A stretch of DNA of 64,000 bases from an uncultured Candidatus Saccharibacteria bacterium. Lineage in GTDB: Bacteria > Patescibacteriota > Saccharimonadia > Saccharimonadales > Saccharimonadaceae. Numbering within the stretch: position 1 is the first letter of the stretch; each line of letters starts with the position of its first letter. Of the stretch, positions 26,932 through 35,768 are shown one piece after another. Both the position numbers and the translations under genes were made by a program. A model generated the notes under the pieces. The model saw only the letters and a program-made list of their open reading frames with translations, did no database searches and was not told where the DNA came from. The stretch is taken from NCBI GenBank assembly GCA_964386855.1, contig CAYLUF010000001.1:56493-120492 (forward strand). Direction: 5' to 3'.

Positions 26932-26937
26932 TATAAT
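26932..26937 (+). promoter_or_regulatory. -10 element TATAAT
   Basis: Lies 10 nt before the ATG at 26948. No SD is present. Confidence 0.45.
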
Positions 26938-26947
26938 AATCACCAGT

Positions 26948-27856
26948 ATGAATCCTCATGATCCTTTTCAACAGCCTCAGGGTGGAAGTCAGCCACAGTA
27001 TGGCCCGCTTAATCCTGGTCAGCCAAGTATCCAGCCGCAGGTAGTTGCGGGCGAACCATTATATGATGCAGCGCCAAGTGGCGGATCTGCAGCGGGCGCT
27101 TCGGCACCTGCACCGGCACCTCAACCTATGAGTGGTGCGTTACCGCAGCCTGCCCCGCAGCAAAATGGCGCGCCGTCTCCTGCTGCGCAGCCAGTTCCGG
27201 CAACACTCTATACACTGCCGCCAAAGCCACCAAAGACATGGATGATTGTCTCAATTATCATGATAGTTGCCGCAGTAGGGCTTGCTGCTGGTTTCGTTTG
27301 GGCAATGCTCCAATACATGGACCACCGCGATAACGTGGATAGTAAAGTAACAAGTGCCGTTGCTGAAGCGGTAAAGAAGCAAGCAGATGACGACGCCGCT
27401 GCATTCCTAGAAAAAGAAAAGGAACCAAACCGTCTCTTTGTTGGTCCGGATGATTATGGGCGTCTTGCGTTTAACTACCCAAAGACATGGAGTACGTATG
27501 TAGACAAGGATGCCCTAAAGGGTGGCTCGTACGCCGCATACCTGAACCCGGTTGTTGTGCCTCCGGTCAGCACTGTGGGTCAGCAGTTTGCGCTCCGTAT
27601 TCTTATTGAAGAAAAAGATTACGATAGGGTGGTTGAATCGTACAGGCAGCAGGTGCAAAAGGGTGAGCTTAAGTCATCAGCAGTGAAGGCAGATGACCAG
27701 AACGGTACACGCCTTGAAGGTATGTTTACAAAGAACATCCGTGGTACCGCAGTTATCTTTAAGATACGCGATAAAACAGTGACCATGCAGACTGATGCAG
27801 ACGTATTCCGCGGCGATTTCGATGCAATTATAAAGACCGTTACCTTTAACCGTTAG
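26948..27856 (+). CDS. Hypothetical membrane-anchored protein with Pro/Gln-rich N-terminus
   Basis: 302 aa. About 95 aa of low-complexity P/Q/A-rich cytoplasmic region, one TM (WMIVSIIMIVAAVGLAAGFVWAM) and a roughly 180-aa external domain. Confidence 0.6.
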   Translation: MNPHDPFQQPQGGSQPQYGPLNPGQPSIQPQVVAGEPLYDAAPSGGSAAGASAPAPAPQPMSGALPQPAPQQNGAPSPAAQPVPATLYTLPPKPPKTWMIVSIIMIVAAVGLAAGFVWAMLQYMDHRDNVDSKVTSAVAEAVKKQADDDAAAFLEKEKEPNRLFVGPDDYGRLAFNYPKTWSTYVDKDALKGGSYAAYLNPVVVPPVSTVGQQFALRILIEEKDYDRVVESYRQQVQKGELKSSAVKADDQNGTRLEGMFTKNIRGTAVIFKIRDKTVTMQTDADVFRGDFDAIIKTVTFNR

Positions 27857-27914
27857 ACACTCCGTGCGGGGAGATTCATCTTCCTGCTTATCTTTGCCGT
27901 GAGGTGCGTGAAAG

Positions 27915-27923
27915 TGCTACACT
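27915..27923 (+). promoter_or_regulatory. Extended -10 (TGcTACACT), leaderless-type, for the kinase operon
   Basis: TACACT at 27918-27923 ends 6 nt before the ATG at 27930. Confidence 0.5.
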
Positions 27924-27929
27924 AGAGCT

Positions 27930-28664
27930 ATGAATAACGAGGGGAAGAAGATGATTCATGAGCCGGGCATGACGTCTGTTTCTTCAGTGGTCGCTGCGGC
28001 ACATGAGCTCAAATCTCCCTTCGCTTTAGTGCGACAACTCCTCCTTCGGCTTGAGTCGCCCGACCTTTCAGATGCACAGCGCGAAAAAGCCGTGCGTCAG
28101 GCGCTGATGACTGCAGAACGGGGGCTGCGTCTGACAAGTGATATTACAAAAGCGGCACGGCTTGATGAGGGCGCCCTGTTTAGCCTTGAGCCAGTCAATC
28201 CTGAGCAGATTTGCCAAGACATAGTAGGTGAGCTCACGCCGCTCTTTGAGGCACACGGGCGTACCGTCCATGTAAAGACACGCAAGCATCCACTGCTTTT
28301 GGTGGCGAACCGTGATTTGCTGCGCCGTATCCTGCTTGGATTTAGCGACAACGCACTGCACTACAGTAGTGCTGGTTCTCCTGTGCATATGCAGATTACT
28401 GCCCTGAAGAAGGCGGGGGTAGTGCGCGTGGGTGTGCGCGATTACGGCCCTGCGCTTTCAAGCGACCTCTGGGCAACACTTCAAAAGAAGATAAAACTTG
28501 CACCACAGCCAGTGCATGCTCGCCCAGAGAGCAGTGGGCTTGGTCTCATGCTGGCGCAGCAATTTGCTGAGGTGATGAACGGTGAGATTGGCGTTGTCCG
28601 CCATAAAGACGGCGCGACGTTTTACGTTGACCTACAGGCATCAACACAGTTGAGCTTGTTGTAA
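27930..28664 (+). CDS. Histidine kinase, soluble, DHp+CA only
   Basis: 244 aa. H-box AAHELKSPF, N-box region FSDNALHYS and G-box SGLGLMLAQQF. No TM or sensor domain. Confidence 0.85.
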   Translation: MNNEGKKMIHEPGMTSVSSVVAAAHELKSPFALVRQLLLRLESPDLSDAQREKAVRQALMTAERGLRLTSDITKAARLDEGALFSLEPVNPEQICQDIVGELTPLFEAHGRTVHVKTRKHPLLLVANRDLLRRILLGFSDNALHYSSAGSPVHMQITALKKAGVVRVGVRDYGPALSSDLWATLQKKIKLAPQPVHARPESSGLGLMLAQQFAEVMNGEIGVVRHKDGATFYVDLQASTQLSLL

Positions 28665-28671
28665 GGGACAT

Positions 28672-29052
28672 ATGAAGAAGCAATCACTCCACCTCCTGCT
28701 TATAGAAGACGACTACTGGCTGGCGGATCTTGAGGCTGATGTACTGCGCGACGCAGGGTATGAGGTTACTACTGCACACAATGCGCTTGAGGCAATTGAT
28801 GCTGTTGATGAGCGCGCTCCTGACTGTATTATTGCCGACGTCCTTTTGGCGGGTTCGACCATCTTCGCCCTGCTGAATGAACTCCAGTCCTACCACGATA
28901 CGCAGGGTATACCGGTGATTTTATGTACAAGTATTGCCGAGCAGTTTTCTGCGAAGCAACTCGAGGCGTATAGTGTCAAAAGGGTTGTAGATAAAACAAC
29001 AATGGAAGCAGATGCGCTCCCTGTTGCGGTAAAGGCGGTGTGTGCGGTATGA
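28672..29052 (+). CDS. Single-domain response regulator (REC only)
   Basis: 126 aa. LLLIEDD, acceptor Asp in CIIADVLLAG. No output domain. Confidence 0.8.
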   Translation: MKKQSLHLLLIEDDYWLADLEADVLRDAGYEVTTAHNALEAIDAVDERAPDCIIADVLLAGSTIFALLNELQSYHDTQGIPVILCTSIAEQFSAKQLEAYSVKRVVDKTTMEADALPVAVKAVCAV

Positions 29053-29738
29053 AAACCCAGCGAACGCGCGCGGTAGTGCTGCGACGTACAAATTACGGAG
29101 AAGCTGACCGTATCTTACAGCTCCTTACGCCTGAAGGTCGCCGTGCGGTTATGGCACGCGGTGTCCGTAAGGAGAAGAGCAAGCTTGCGGGTGGTATTGA
29201 ACTTTTTGCGGTCAGTGATGTAGTGCTTGGGGAAGGCCGGGGTGAGCTGGGGATCTTAACGTCTGCAAAATTAATTCAGTTTTATCACCATATTTTAGAG
29301 GATTATGACCGGTTACAATTTGCCTATCACGTGATTGCGCTGGTGACGCGCGCAAGTGAGACGGTGGATGAGCCCGAATGGTTTGATTTACTAGTGGAGG
29401 TTTTGGCAGCGCTTGACGTAAAGACGGTGCCGCTTTCGCTGGTGAAGGCGTGGTTTTATATTCATTACAGTGCGCTCCTAGGGTACGAGCTGAACACGGG
29501 ACGAGATGTTTCAGGTGCGCCACTAGACGCTGAGACGCACTATACGTATGATGTTTCCGAAAAAGGCCTGCGCGCGGCGCAAGGTGGTGAGCTAACAAGT
29601 GAGCACATTAAACTCTTGCGGCTTCTTTCAACACGTTCGCTCAAAGTACTCCTTCAGATTGGGGGAATTGGCGGAGTGATTGGTGTGTGTGCGCAGGTGG
29701 CGGAGCAGCATGCGGCTGTAGAGCAAACGGCACGGTAA
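29049..29738 (+). CDS. recO: DNA repair protein RecO
   Basis: N-terminal OB pattern RTRAVVLRRTNYGEADRILQLLTPEGRR. The ATG overlaps the REC gene stop (ATGA). Confidence 0.8.
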   Translation: MKTQRTRAVVLRRTNYGEADRILQLLTPEGRRAVMARGVRKEKSKLAGGIELFAVSDVVLGEGRGELGILTSAKLIQFYHHILEDYDRLQFAYHVIALVTRASETVDEPEWFDLLVEVLAALDVKTVPLSLVKAWFYIHYSALLGYELNTGRDVSGAPLDAETHYTYDVSEKGLRAAQGGELTSEHIKLLRLLSTRSLKVLLQIGGIGGVIGVCAQVAEQHAAVEQTAR

Positions 29739-29753
29739 AAAGCCAAAGAAAAA

Positions 29754-29775
29754 GGGACCCAATACGCGGGGTCCC
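29754..29775 (-). terminator. Intrinsic terminator of the minus-strand orphan operon
   Basis: Stem GGGACCC / GGGTCCC. The T-run is present only in the minus-strand reading (CTTTTTCTTTGGCTTTTT). Confidence 0.65.
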
Positions 29776-29813
29776 GGTCGCGGCTCGCCAAAAGGGTGAG
29801 CTTCTAAAAGAGG

Positions 29814-30323
29814 TTAGAGCGAGCGGGCGAAGAATCGCTCGTCAAACTTATACCCGATGCGACCAAAGTAGGTCAACATCCATGCACGGAATCTTTCCAG
29901 AGCAGTGAGCCCCGTGAGCTGTAGATACAGTTCACTGCGTTTCTCTATTGGTGCGCCGGCAGCAGCCTGGGCACGAAGGGAGTGGAACGCATTGACTACC
30001 CTGATCTGGGCAGTGTTGCTCGTGTTCTGGTGCGCGATGGTAGACGATGCCTTCTGGTGCGATTCAATCGCACCCGACATATCCTTTTGGATGAGCCGAT
30101 AACGCCCTCGGAGCATCTCGTACGTTGCCGTACGGTCAACGAGATCGTGTAGCTCAGCGCCGCCCCAGTGTGAGGTGCCCTCATCCTTAAGGAGGGGTCC
30201 TACTTCATCGAGCAGAAGCAAAGCGAATGGCAGGTGCCGTTCATCAAGTGCTTCCTTGATTCGATTGTGCTTGTCGTCAATGACCTTGAGGTGCGTCGCT
30301 GGGTCAACAGGTGTGACAGTCAT
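29814..30323 (-). CDS. Hypothetical protein (orphan)
   Basis: 169-aa ORF, predicted helical, 25 nt downstream of the 254-aa ORF. No domain recognised. Confidence 0.55.
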   Translation of the reverse strand: MTVTPVDPATHLKVIDDKHNRIKEALDERHLPFALLLLDEVGPLLKDEGTSHWGGAELHDLVDRTATYEMLRGRYRLIQKDMSGAIESHQKASSTIAHQNTSNTAQIRVVNAFHSLRAQAAAGAPIEKRSELYLQLTGLTALERFRAWMLTYFGRIGYKFDERFFARSL

Positions 30324-30348
30324 ACCTTTTCCTTTGATAGGTGTGGGG

Positions 30349-31113
30349 TTAGTACCGCTGAAAACGCACGAGCGTTGCGGCGACGTGTTCTGATTGGCGA
30401 TAGAGCCAAACGGCGGGAGCGCTGTAGCGAAGAAAGGCCTTTACCCACGCCTTGCGGCGCGTATCATCACTCTTAAGAACAAGGGCGATGAAGGGGCGAA
30501 GGTCAATCTCGTCAGCGTGTCTTCTTCCTTTATGGGCGATAGCCGCTTTTATCAGGTGAAACGCTGTATCAAGCGCGCCTTGCTCGGCTTCTTTGCCGGC
30601 AAGACGCTTCCAGTAGACATGAGCAGCCCGGTAGAGCTGCGCTGCCTTTTTGTACTGCTTGCGCCCAAAGGCCAGATGTCCTTTGACGGTTGTCTGGGCA
30701 CCTGTGCGAGCACGGTCTCCTGTGCTCAGCGCCTCAGCGTTCTGAAGTGCATTTTCCGCATCCTTGAAGTGTCGCGCACGAATATTCATCCGCGCAACGT
30801 CTCTTTGGAAATCGCCCTGGAGGAGCGGAGTATAGCCGGATGAATTCCGTGCCATATTCATACACCACCAGGGTCGCGATGTGTCTTGCATTTGTAGCAG
30901 GACGCGAGCGCACATACACCAGAACTGCGCATCCGGTTGGACGGGCTCTGGTATATCTGTGCTTCGCGCTGCGACATCACGTTGATTGAGGTAGGAGGTG
31001 ATGAAGGAGAGGGCGTTTGCTGCCGCCTGCCTGTGGTCACGCTCCGCCTCGTATTCTGTGATGATGCGCCGAGCACGCTCAATTATTGACGATGTGATGA
31101 AAGGTACATCCAT
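30349..31113 (-). CDS. Hypothetical protein (orphan, helical-repeat-like)
   Basis: 254-aa ORF with SD TTGGAG 8 nt upstream. No domain recognised. Confidence 0.55.
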   Translation of the reverse strand: MDVPFITSSIIERARRIITEYEAERDHRQAAANALSFITSYLNQRDVAARSTDIPEPVQPDAQFWCMCARVLLQMQDTSRPWWCMNMARNSSGYTPLLQGDFQRDVARMNIRARHFKDAENALQNAEALSTGDRARTGAQTTVKGHLAFGRKQYKKAAQLYRAAHVYWKRLAGKEAEQGALDTAFHLIKAAIAHKGRRHADEIDLRPFIALVLKSDDTRRKAWVKAFLRYSAPAVWLYRQSEHVAATLVRFQRY

Positions 31114-31175
31114 GCGCGAACTCCAATCTAAAGAGGGTGAGAGGCGGCCAAATGGCAGCCCAGTTCAATAAGCAT

Positions 31176-31216
31176 ATGGATACATCCATTATAGCACAAA
31201 ATAGTGAAAAAGTCAA
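31176..31216 (-). promoter_or_regulatory. Consensus sigma70 promoter of the orphan operon with a palindrome at the start site
   Basis: On the minus strand: TTGACT (31216-31211), a 17-nt spacer and TGcTATAAT (-10 at 31193-31188). An inverted repeat ATGGAT-AC-ATCCAT at 31176-31189 overlaps the -10/+1 region. Confidence 0.65.
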
Positions 31217-31364
31217 TTTCTATAAGGGGCGGAGGGAGCTGGGGTATGCCTTTTGAGCGATTCTGCAGCCAGAGAATCTGATTGGCGTGGCAACCCAACC
31301 AGATTCCCGGCGCGAAGCCGTAGCGAAAAAGGTGTATCACAGCTCTCTTCACCTTTAGCTAGAA

Positions 31365-31393
31365 GTGACTTTCATCTGTTATTCTGCTATAAT
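31365..31393 (+). promoter_or_regulatory. glyQS promoter
   Basis: GTGACT (31365-31370), a 17-nt spacer and TGcTATAAT (-10 at 31388-31393). The ATG at 31404 lies 10 nt downstream. Confidence 0.55.
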
Positions 31394-31403
31394 AACCGTA
31401 ATT

Positions 31404-32762
31404 ATGAGTAGTAGTGTGAATATGGAAGATATAGTTAGTTTAGCAAAGCGCCGGGGCTTTATTTACCCAGGGTCTGATGTATACGGTGGCCTCCGCGGAA
31501 CGTGGGATTACGGTCCGCTTGGTGTTACCCTGAAGCGTAAGATTTTGCAGCTGTGGTGGGATCACTTTGTTGATAGCCGTGAAGATATGTACGGTGTTGA
31601 TGCAGCCATTCTTATGAACCAGAAAGTCTGGCAGGCAAGTGGTCACGTCGATACCTTTGTTGACCCGCTGTGTGAAGATACAGTCAATCACCGCCGCTTC
31701 CGTACTGACCACATCCTTAAGGACAACGGCGTTGACGCTGAGGGTATGACAATGGAGCAGATGGACGCTGCAATTATTGAGCATGGCATCAAGAGCCCAG
31801 ACGGCAACCCGCTCTCAGCTTCACGGACATTTAATATGATGTTTACAACACACGTTGGTCCAACTAGCGACGACGCGTCTATTAGCTACCTTCGCCCAGA
31901 AACTGCACAGGGTATTTTCACGAACTTCAAGAATGTGGTTGATAGCTTCTATCCAGACCTTCCATTTGGTCTTGCCCAGCAAGGGAAGGCATTCCGTAAC
32001 GAAATCTCACCACGCGACTTTATTTTCCGTTCACGTGAGTTTGAGCAGATGGAGATTGAGTATTTTGTTCACCCTGAGAAGTGGGAGGAGGCGTTTGAAG
32101 AATTGCTTGCAAGTACGCACGAGTTCTTGGCTAAACTCGGTCTTAAGCCAGAACATATTCATGAGCTTAACGTGCCTGAAGCTGACCGCGCACACTACAG
32201 TAAAAAGACAATTGATATTGAGTACGATTTTCCAATTGGTAAAGAAGAGCTCTTAGGAATTGCCTACCGCACTGATTTTGACCTTGGTAACATTCAGCGC
32301 GTCAGTGGTAAGAGTATGGAATACACCATTAAGGGAACGAACGAGCGCTTTGTGCCGCACGTTATTGAGCCAAGTTTTGGGGTTGAGCGTGCACTCATGG
32401 CTGTGCTTTCAGCTGCATACCGTGAAGATGAAATTAATGGCGAGAAGCGTACGTACCTTGCACTCCCAGAACATCTTGCACCAGTTCGCTATGCTGTATC
32501 ACCGCTCCTAAAGAATAAGCCAGCGTTAGTAGAGAAGGCGCGTGAAGTCTACACTGCACTGAAGAAAAAATACGGAAATGTTTCATGGGACGACAACGGA
32601 AATATTGGTAAGCGCTACCGCCGTCAGGATGAAATTGGAACACCATACACTGTGGTGATTGACTTTGAGACTATTGAGGGTGATGGTACTGTGACGGTTC
32701 GTGACCGCGATACGACTGAGCAGCGCCGCGTGACGGTTGAAGAACTCCTTCAGGACGCCTAA
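31404..32762 (+). CDS. glyQS: Glycyl-tRNA synthetase (dimeric GlyQS type)
   Basis: Class II motifs (FRNEISPRDFIFRSREFEQMEIEYF, EPSFGVERAL) and a C-terminal anticodon-binding domain. Start moved from the track's 31365 to the first ATG after the promoter. Confidence 0.92.
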   Translation: MSSSVNMEDIVSLAKRRGFIYPGSDVYGGLRGTWDYGPLGVTLKRKILQLWWDHFVDSREDMYGVDAAILMNQKVWQASGHVDTFVDPLCEDTVNHRRFRTDHILKDNGVDAEGMTMEQMDAAIIEHGIKSPDGNPLSASRTFNMMFTTHVGPTSDDASISYLRPETAQGIFTNFKNVVDSFYPDLPFGLAQQGKAFRNEISPRDFIFRSREFEQMEIEYFVHPEKWEEAFEELLASTHEFLAKLGLKPEHIHELNVPEADRAHYSKKTIDIEYDFPIGKEELLGIAYRTDFDLGNIQRVSGKSMEYTIKGTNERFVPHVIEPSFGVERALMAVLSAAYREDEINGEKRTYLALPEHLAPVRYAVSPLLKNKPALVEKAREVYTALKKKYGNVSWDDNGNIGKRYRRQDEIGTPYTVVIDFETIEGDGTVTVRDRDTTEQRRVTVEELLQDA

Positions 32763-33553
32763 TGGGCGCATATATTACATCGGCACAGAATCCACACATC
32801 CAGCACATAAAACAGCTGGCTACGAGCTCAAAACAACGCCAGAAGTCTAAGCAGACTATTCTTGATGGTGTGCATCTTGCGGATGCGTACTTACGGTCTG
32901 GTGGCACTCCAGAGCAGGTAGTTGTGGCAACGGAATCATTAACGAATCCTGAAGTTTCTGAGATTCTTTTTAGGCTGAATGACTCACTTGATATTATTGA
33001 GGTGCCACTTTCGCTCTTTGAGCGCGTGAGCAGTTTAGAGAAGGGTGTTGCGCTTCTTTTTGTGATTGCACAGCCTGCTAAAGAGCAGCAGGGTGAACTT
33101 GCTACTGATGCGCTTCTTCTTGATACGGTCCAGGATCCGGGTAATGTGGGCGCGATGCTTCGTACGGCTGCTGCTGCCGGAGTAAAGGACGTCTACCTCT
33201 CTTCAGGTTCTGCATCTGCGTGGGCGCCAAAGGTGCTTCGCGCAGGGATGGGGGCGCATTTTACACTCACGATTCACGAGGGTGTTGACCTACAGGCTCT
33301 TATTTCACAGGCGTCAGTGCCAGTAGTGGCAACAAGCCTCGAGGCATCTCATTCACTGTATGAAAAAGACCTCACAGATCCACACGCTTGGCTTTTTGGG
33401 AACGAAGGCGCAGGTGTCTCAGGTGAGCTTTTGGAGCTTTGTAAAGATGACGCGGTGATCATTCCACAGTCAGATGGGGTAGAGTCGCTCAACGTAGCTG
33501 CAGCTACTGCGGTGTGTCTTTTTGAGCAGCGACGCCAGCGAATTACCGGCTAG
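32762..33553 (+). CDS. TrmH/SpoU family RNA 2'-O-methyltransferase
   Basis: SpoU motifs DPGNVGAMLRTAAAAG, LFGNEGAGVS and ESLNVAAATAV. TAATG overlap with glyQS. Confidence 0.85.
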   Translation: MGAYITSAQNPHIQHIKQLATSSKQRQKSKQTILDGVHLADAYLRSGGTPEQVVVATESLTNPEVSEILFRLNDSLDIIEVPLSLFERVSSLEKGVALLFVIAQPAKEQQGELATDALLLDTVQDPGNVGAMLRTAAAAGVKDVYLSSGSASAWAPKVLRAGMGAHFTLTIHEGVDLQALISQASVPVVATSLEASHSLYEKDLTDPHAWLFGNEGAGVSGELLELCKDDAVIIPQSDGVESLNVAAATAVCLFEQRRQRITG

Positions 33554-33567
33554 CTCTCAGCTAACTC

Positions 33568-33596
33568 TTGACTTTTTAAACCCTTTATGCTATAAA
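33568..33596 (+). promoter_or_regulatory. Sigma70-type promoter of the EamA transporter gene
   Basis: TTGACT (33568-73), a 17-nt spacer and TGcTATAAA (33591-96). Confidence 0.6.
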
Positions 33597-33638
33597 TAAA
33601 GTAATACGTTACTAAAACAAAAAAGAAAAAGCAGAAAC

Positions 33639-34586
33639 ATGACATCAAAGAAAAGTATGCCCCAGTGGGCTTGGTTTGCTATTGCTGCCGCGGCGGTACT
33701 CCTTGCGGCGCCAAACGGCGTAATTGTAAAGGTAGCCATGGAAGAGATTCCTGCCGTGTGGGTGAATGTGTTTCGCTTTGCGCTTATTGCACTGGTGATG
33801 CTACCGGTTATCATCCGCTCTATTAAGGTGATGACTCGTCAGAATATGAAGTACGCGTTGCTTGCGGGTGTGATGTCGGCTGTTGCTGTGACGGGGTATA
33901 TGCATGCCATTGACCTCAGCCAGGCAAGCTACGTTGCGGTGATTAACCTTGGTATTCCAATCCTTCTGATGCTCTATTCTGTCTACCTCACCAAAGAGCG
34001 TGTTTCGAAGCGAGCGATGCTAGGGATTAGTATTGCTGCACTTGGTGCGTTTATTATGATTGGTACGCCGCTCCTTGTAGGGCAGGGGTTTGAGCAAGGA
34101 TTCTATCCGCTTGCAACCGTCCTGGCGCTCATTAACTGTGCTACCTTCCCGTTAACTATTATTTTCTCACGTAAGGCGAATGAAGCTGGGCTGCCGATTA
34201 CGGCAACGTACGGAATATCTGCAAGCATGGTTGCCACCGTGAGTGTTATAGCCGCACTTATTATGGGCGTGTCACTTCCGGCTGAGGCGATTCAGAGTAA
34301 TCCACTCATTCTTCTGCCAATTGCGTATTCAGCGCTTGCGGTATCTTTCCTGGCGCGGGTGCTCACAGTTGCGGCGTATCAACGCCTTGGATCTGTGGCG
34401 GTGAGCGGCTTCCAGTACATTGAATCATTCCTTTCTATTCTTCTGCCAATTATTCTTATTGGTGAGCTCATGACAACAGAAATGCTGGTTGGTGGTGTGA
34501 TGATTCTGATTGGCGTGATTGTGGCTGAGATGCGCTTCCACCCGAAACTTCATGCTGACCGACAAGCTGGTCATATCCATAGCTAA
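33639..34586 (+). CDS. EamA/DMT family transporter
   Basis: 315 aa with about 10 TM helices arranged as two EamA-like halves. Confidence 0.8.
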   Translation: MTSKKSMPQWAWFAIAAAAVLLAAPNGVIVKVAMEEIPAVWVNVFRFALIALVMLPVIIRSIKVMTRQNMKYALLAGVMSAVAVTGYMHAIDLSQASYVAVINLGIPILLMLYSVYLTKERVSKRAMLGISIAALGAFIMIGTPLLVGQGFEQGFYPLATVLALINCATFPLTIIFSRKANEAGLPITATYGISASMVATVSVIAALIMGVSLPAEAIQSNPLILLPIAYSALAVSFLARVLTVAAYQRLGSVAVSGFQYIESFLSILLPIILIGELMTTEMLVGGVMILIGVIVAEMRFHPKLHADRQAGHIHS

Positions 34587-34600
34587 TATCTTGCTGCTAG

Positions 34601-34609
34601 TGGTACAAT
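34601..34609 (+). promoter_or_regulatory. Extended -10 (TGgTACAAT), leaderless-type, for rnhA
   Basis: TACAAT at 34604-34609 ends 7 nt before the ATG at 34617. Confidence 0.55.
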
Positions 34610-34616
34610 AGACGGT

Positions 34617-35036
34617 ATGATTGTCTATTATACCGATGGGAGTGCAAGCCCAAATCCAGGTCCTGGGGGCTTTGCAGTGATAAAGAATGGCACTCCACAC
34701 ATCTTGGGGAGCGAAGAGGGTGATACAACCAATATCCGTATGGAAGGCAAGGCACTTGTTGCGGCTATGAAAGACGCGGGCGGTGCACACGCTGAGATTT
34801 TCACCGACAGTGAATTTTGGATTAATGTCATTACGAAGTGGGCGCCAGGCTGGGCGGCAAAGGGCTGGAAGAAGAAGGGTGGAGAGATAAAGAATCTTGA
34901 CATCGTTCAGGAAGCGTACGCGCTGTTCCAGGATTCAAACGTGACACTGACATGGGTGCGTGGCCACGAGGGCGATGAAGGTAACGAGATGGCCGATGAG
35001 TGGGCAAACAAGGCTCGTGAAGGAGTGCGTCTCTAG
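34617..35036 (+). CDS. rnhA: Ribonuclease HI
   Basis: 139 aa. YTDGSASPNPGPGGFA, E in RMEGKAL, TDSEF and GHEGDEGNEMADEWA match the DEDD RNase H pattern. Confidence 0.9.
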   Translation: MIVYYTDGSASPNPGPGGFAVIKNGTPHILGSEEGDTTNIRMEGKALVAAMKDAGGAHAEIFTDSEFWINVITKWAPGWAAKGWKKKGGEIKNLDIVQEAYALFQDSNVTLTWVRGHEGDEGNEMADEWANKAREGVRL

Positions 35037-35048
35037 GCGCAAAAGAAT

Positions 35049-35678
35049 ATGGAAAAGGTGCATCACTACGGCGGCGATGGAATGAAAGAGCGCGCTGAGT
35101 ATGCACCGTTAAACCCTGAGCGGCGATTGGGACTATATGTTGATGCTGCCGAGGCACTTGAGGCGGTACTAGAGCAGGCGCATCAGATTGCAGGGATGAC
35201 CGGTTCTGTAGAGGTAGGTCCTGAGGTGTCGCTCCGTGAGGCGTATATTCAGAGTAATGGTATTGATACTGACTGTGATGAAGTGCTGTTTGCGAATGTT
35301 GCTACGGGAGCGGTGATGCGTTGGCGCCAGCCAATGAAGAAGCCGATTGAAAAATCTGTACTGGTGCGCCATGAGGCGTATCGCACTGGTCCAAAGGAGG
35401 AGGAGTATATCCTTTCTGTGCAACGTGAAATTCCGGGGGTGGTAAATAGTTTTTATGCAATTTATACCATCGAGTATTTTAAAGGTGGCGGGGTCCAGGC
35501 AATGGTAGCGCTGAATAATATTCCCGTGAATGAGAATGAAACTGCATCGCAGGAGCGGCATATGACTGAGTATGACGTGGATGAATTTGAAAAAGAAGTA
35601 AACGATGTCATTTCATATATGAGTACGGTGAGTGAAGAGAATAGCCGCCTTCACGCGCTGAAGCTTGCAATGGAATAG
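35049..35678 (+). CDS. Hypothetical protein
   Basis: 209-aa soluble ORF beginning 12 nt after rnhA. No domain recognised. Confidence 0.55.
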   Translation: MEKVHHYGGDGMKERAEYAPLNPERRLGLYVDAAEALEAVLEQAHQIAGMTGSVEVGPEVSLREAYIQSNGIDTDCDEVLFANVATGAVMRWRQPMKKPIEKSVLVRHEAYRTGPKEEEYILSVQREIPGVVNSFYAIYTIEYFKGGGVQAMVALNNIPVNENETASQERHMTEYDVDEFEKEVNDVISYMSTVSEENSRLHALKLAME

Positions 35679-35768
35679 GGGTTTTGGCGCCCGGATGGGT
35701 TGACCGCAGTGCGTCTTAGCACATACAATATAGACTGTTGTTTAAGAAAGAAATAGGGAAACACACAT

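Noticed and set aside
31128-31352. 74-aa minus-strand ORF between the orphan operon and glyQS
   Set aside because: It spans two divergent promoters that have much better support, and its composition is not protein-like.
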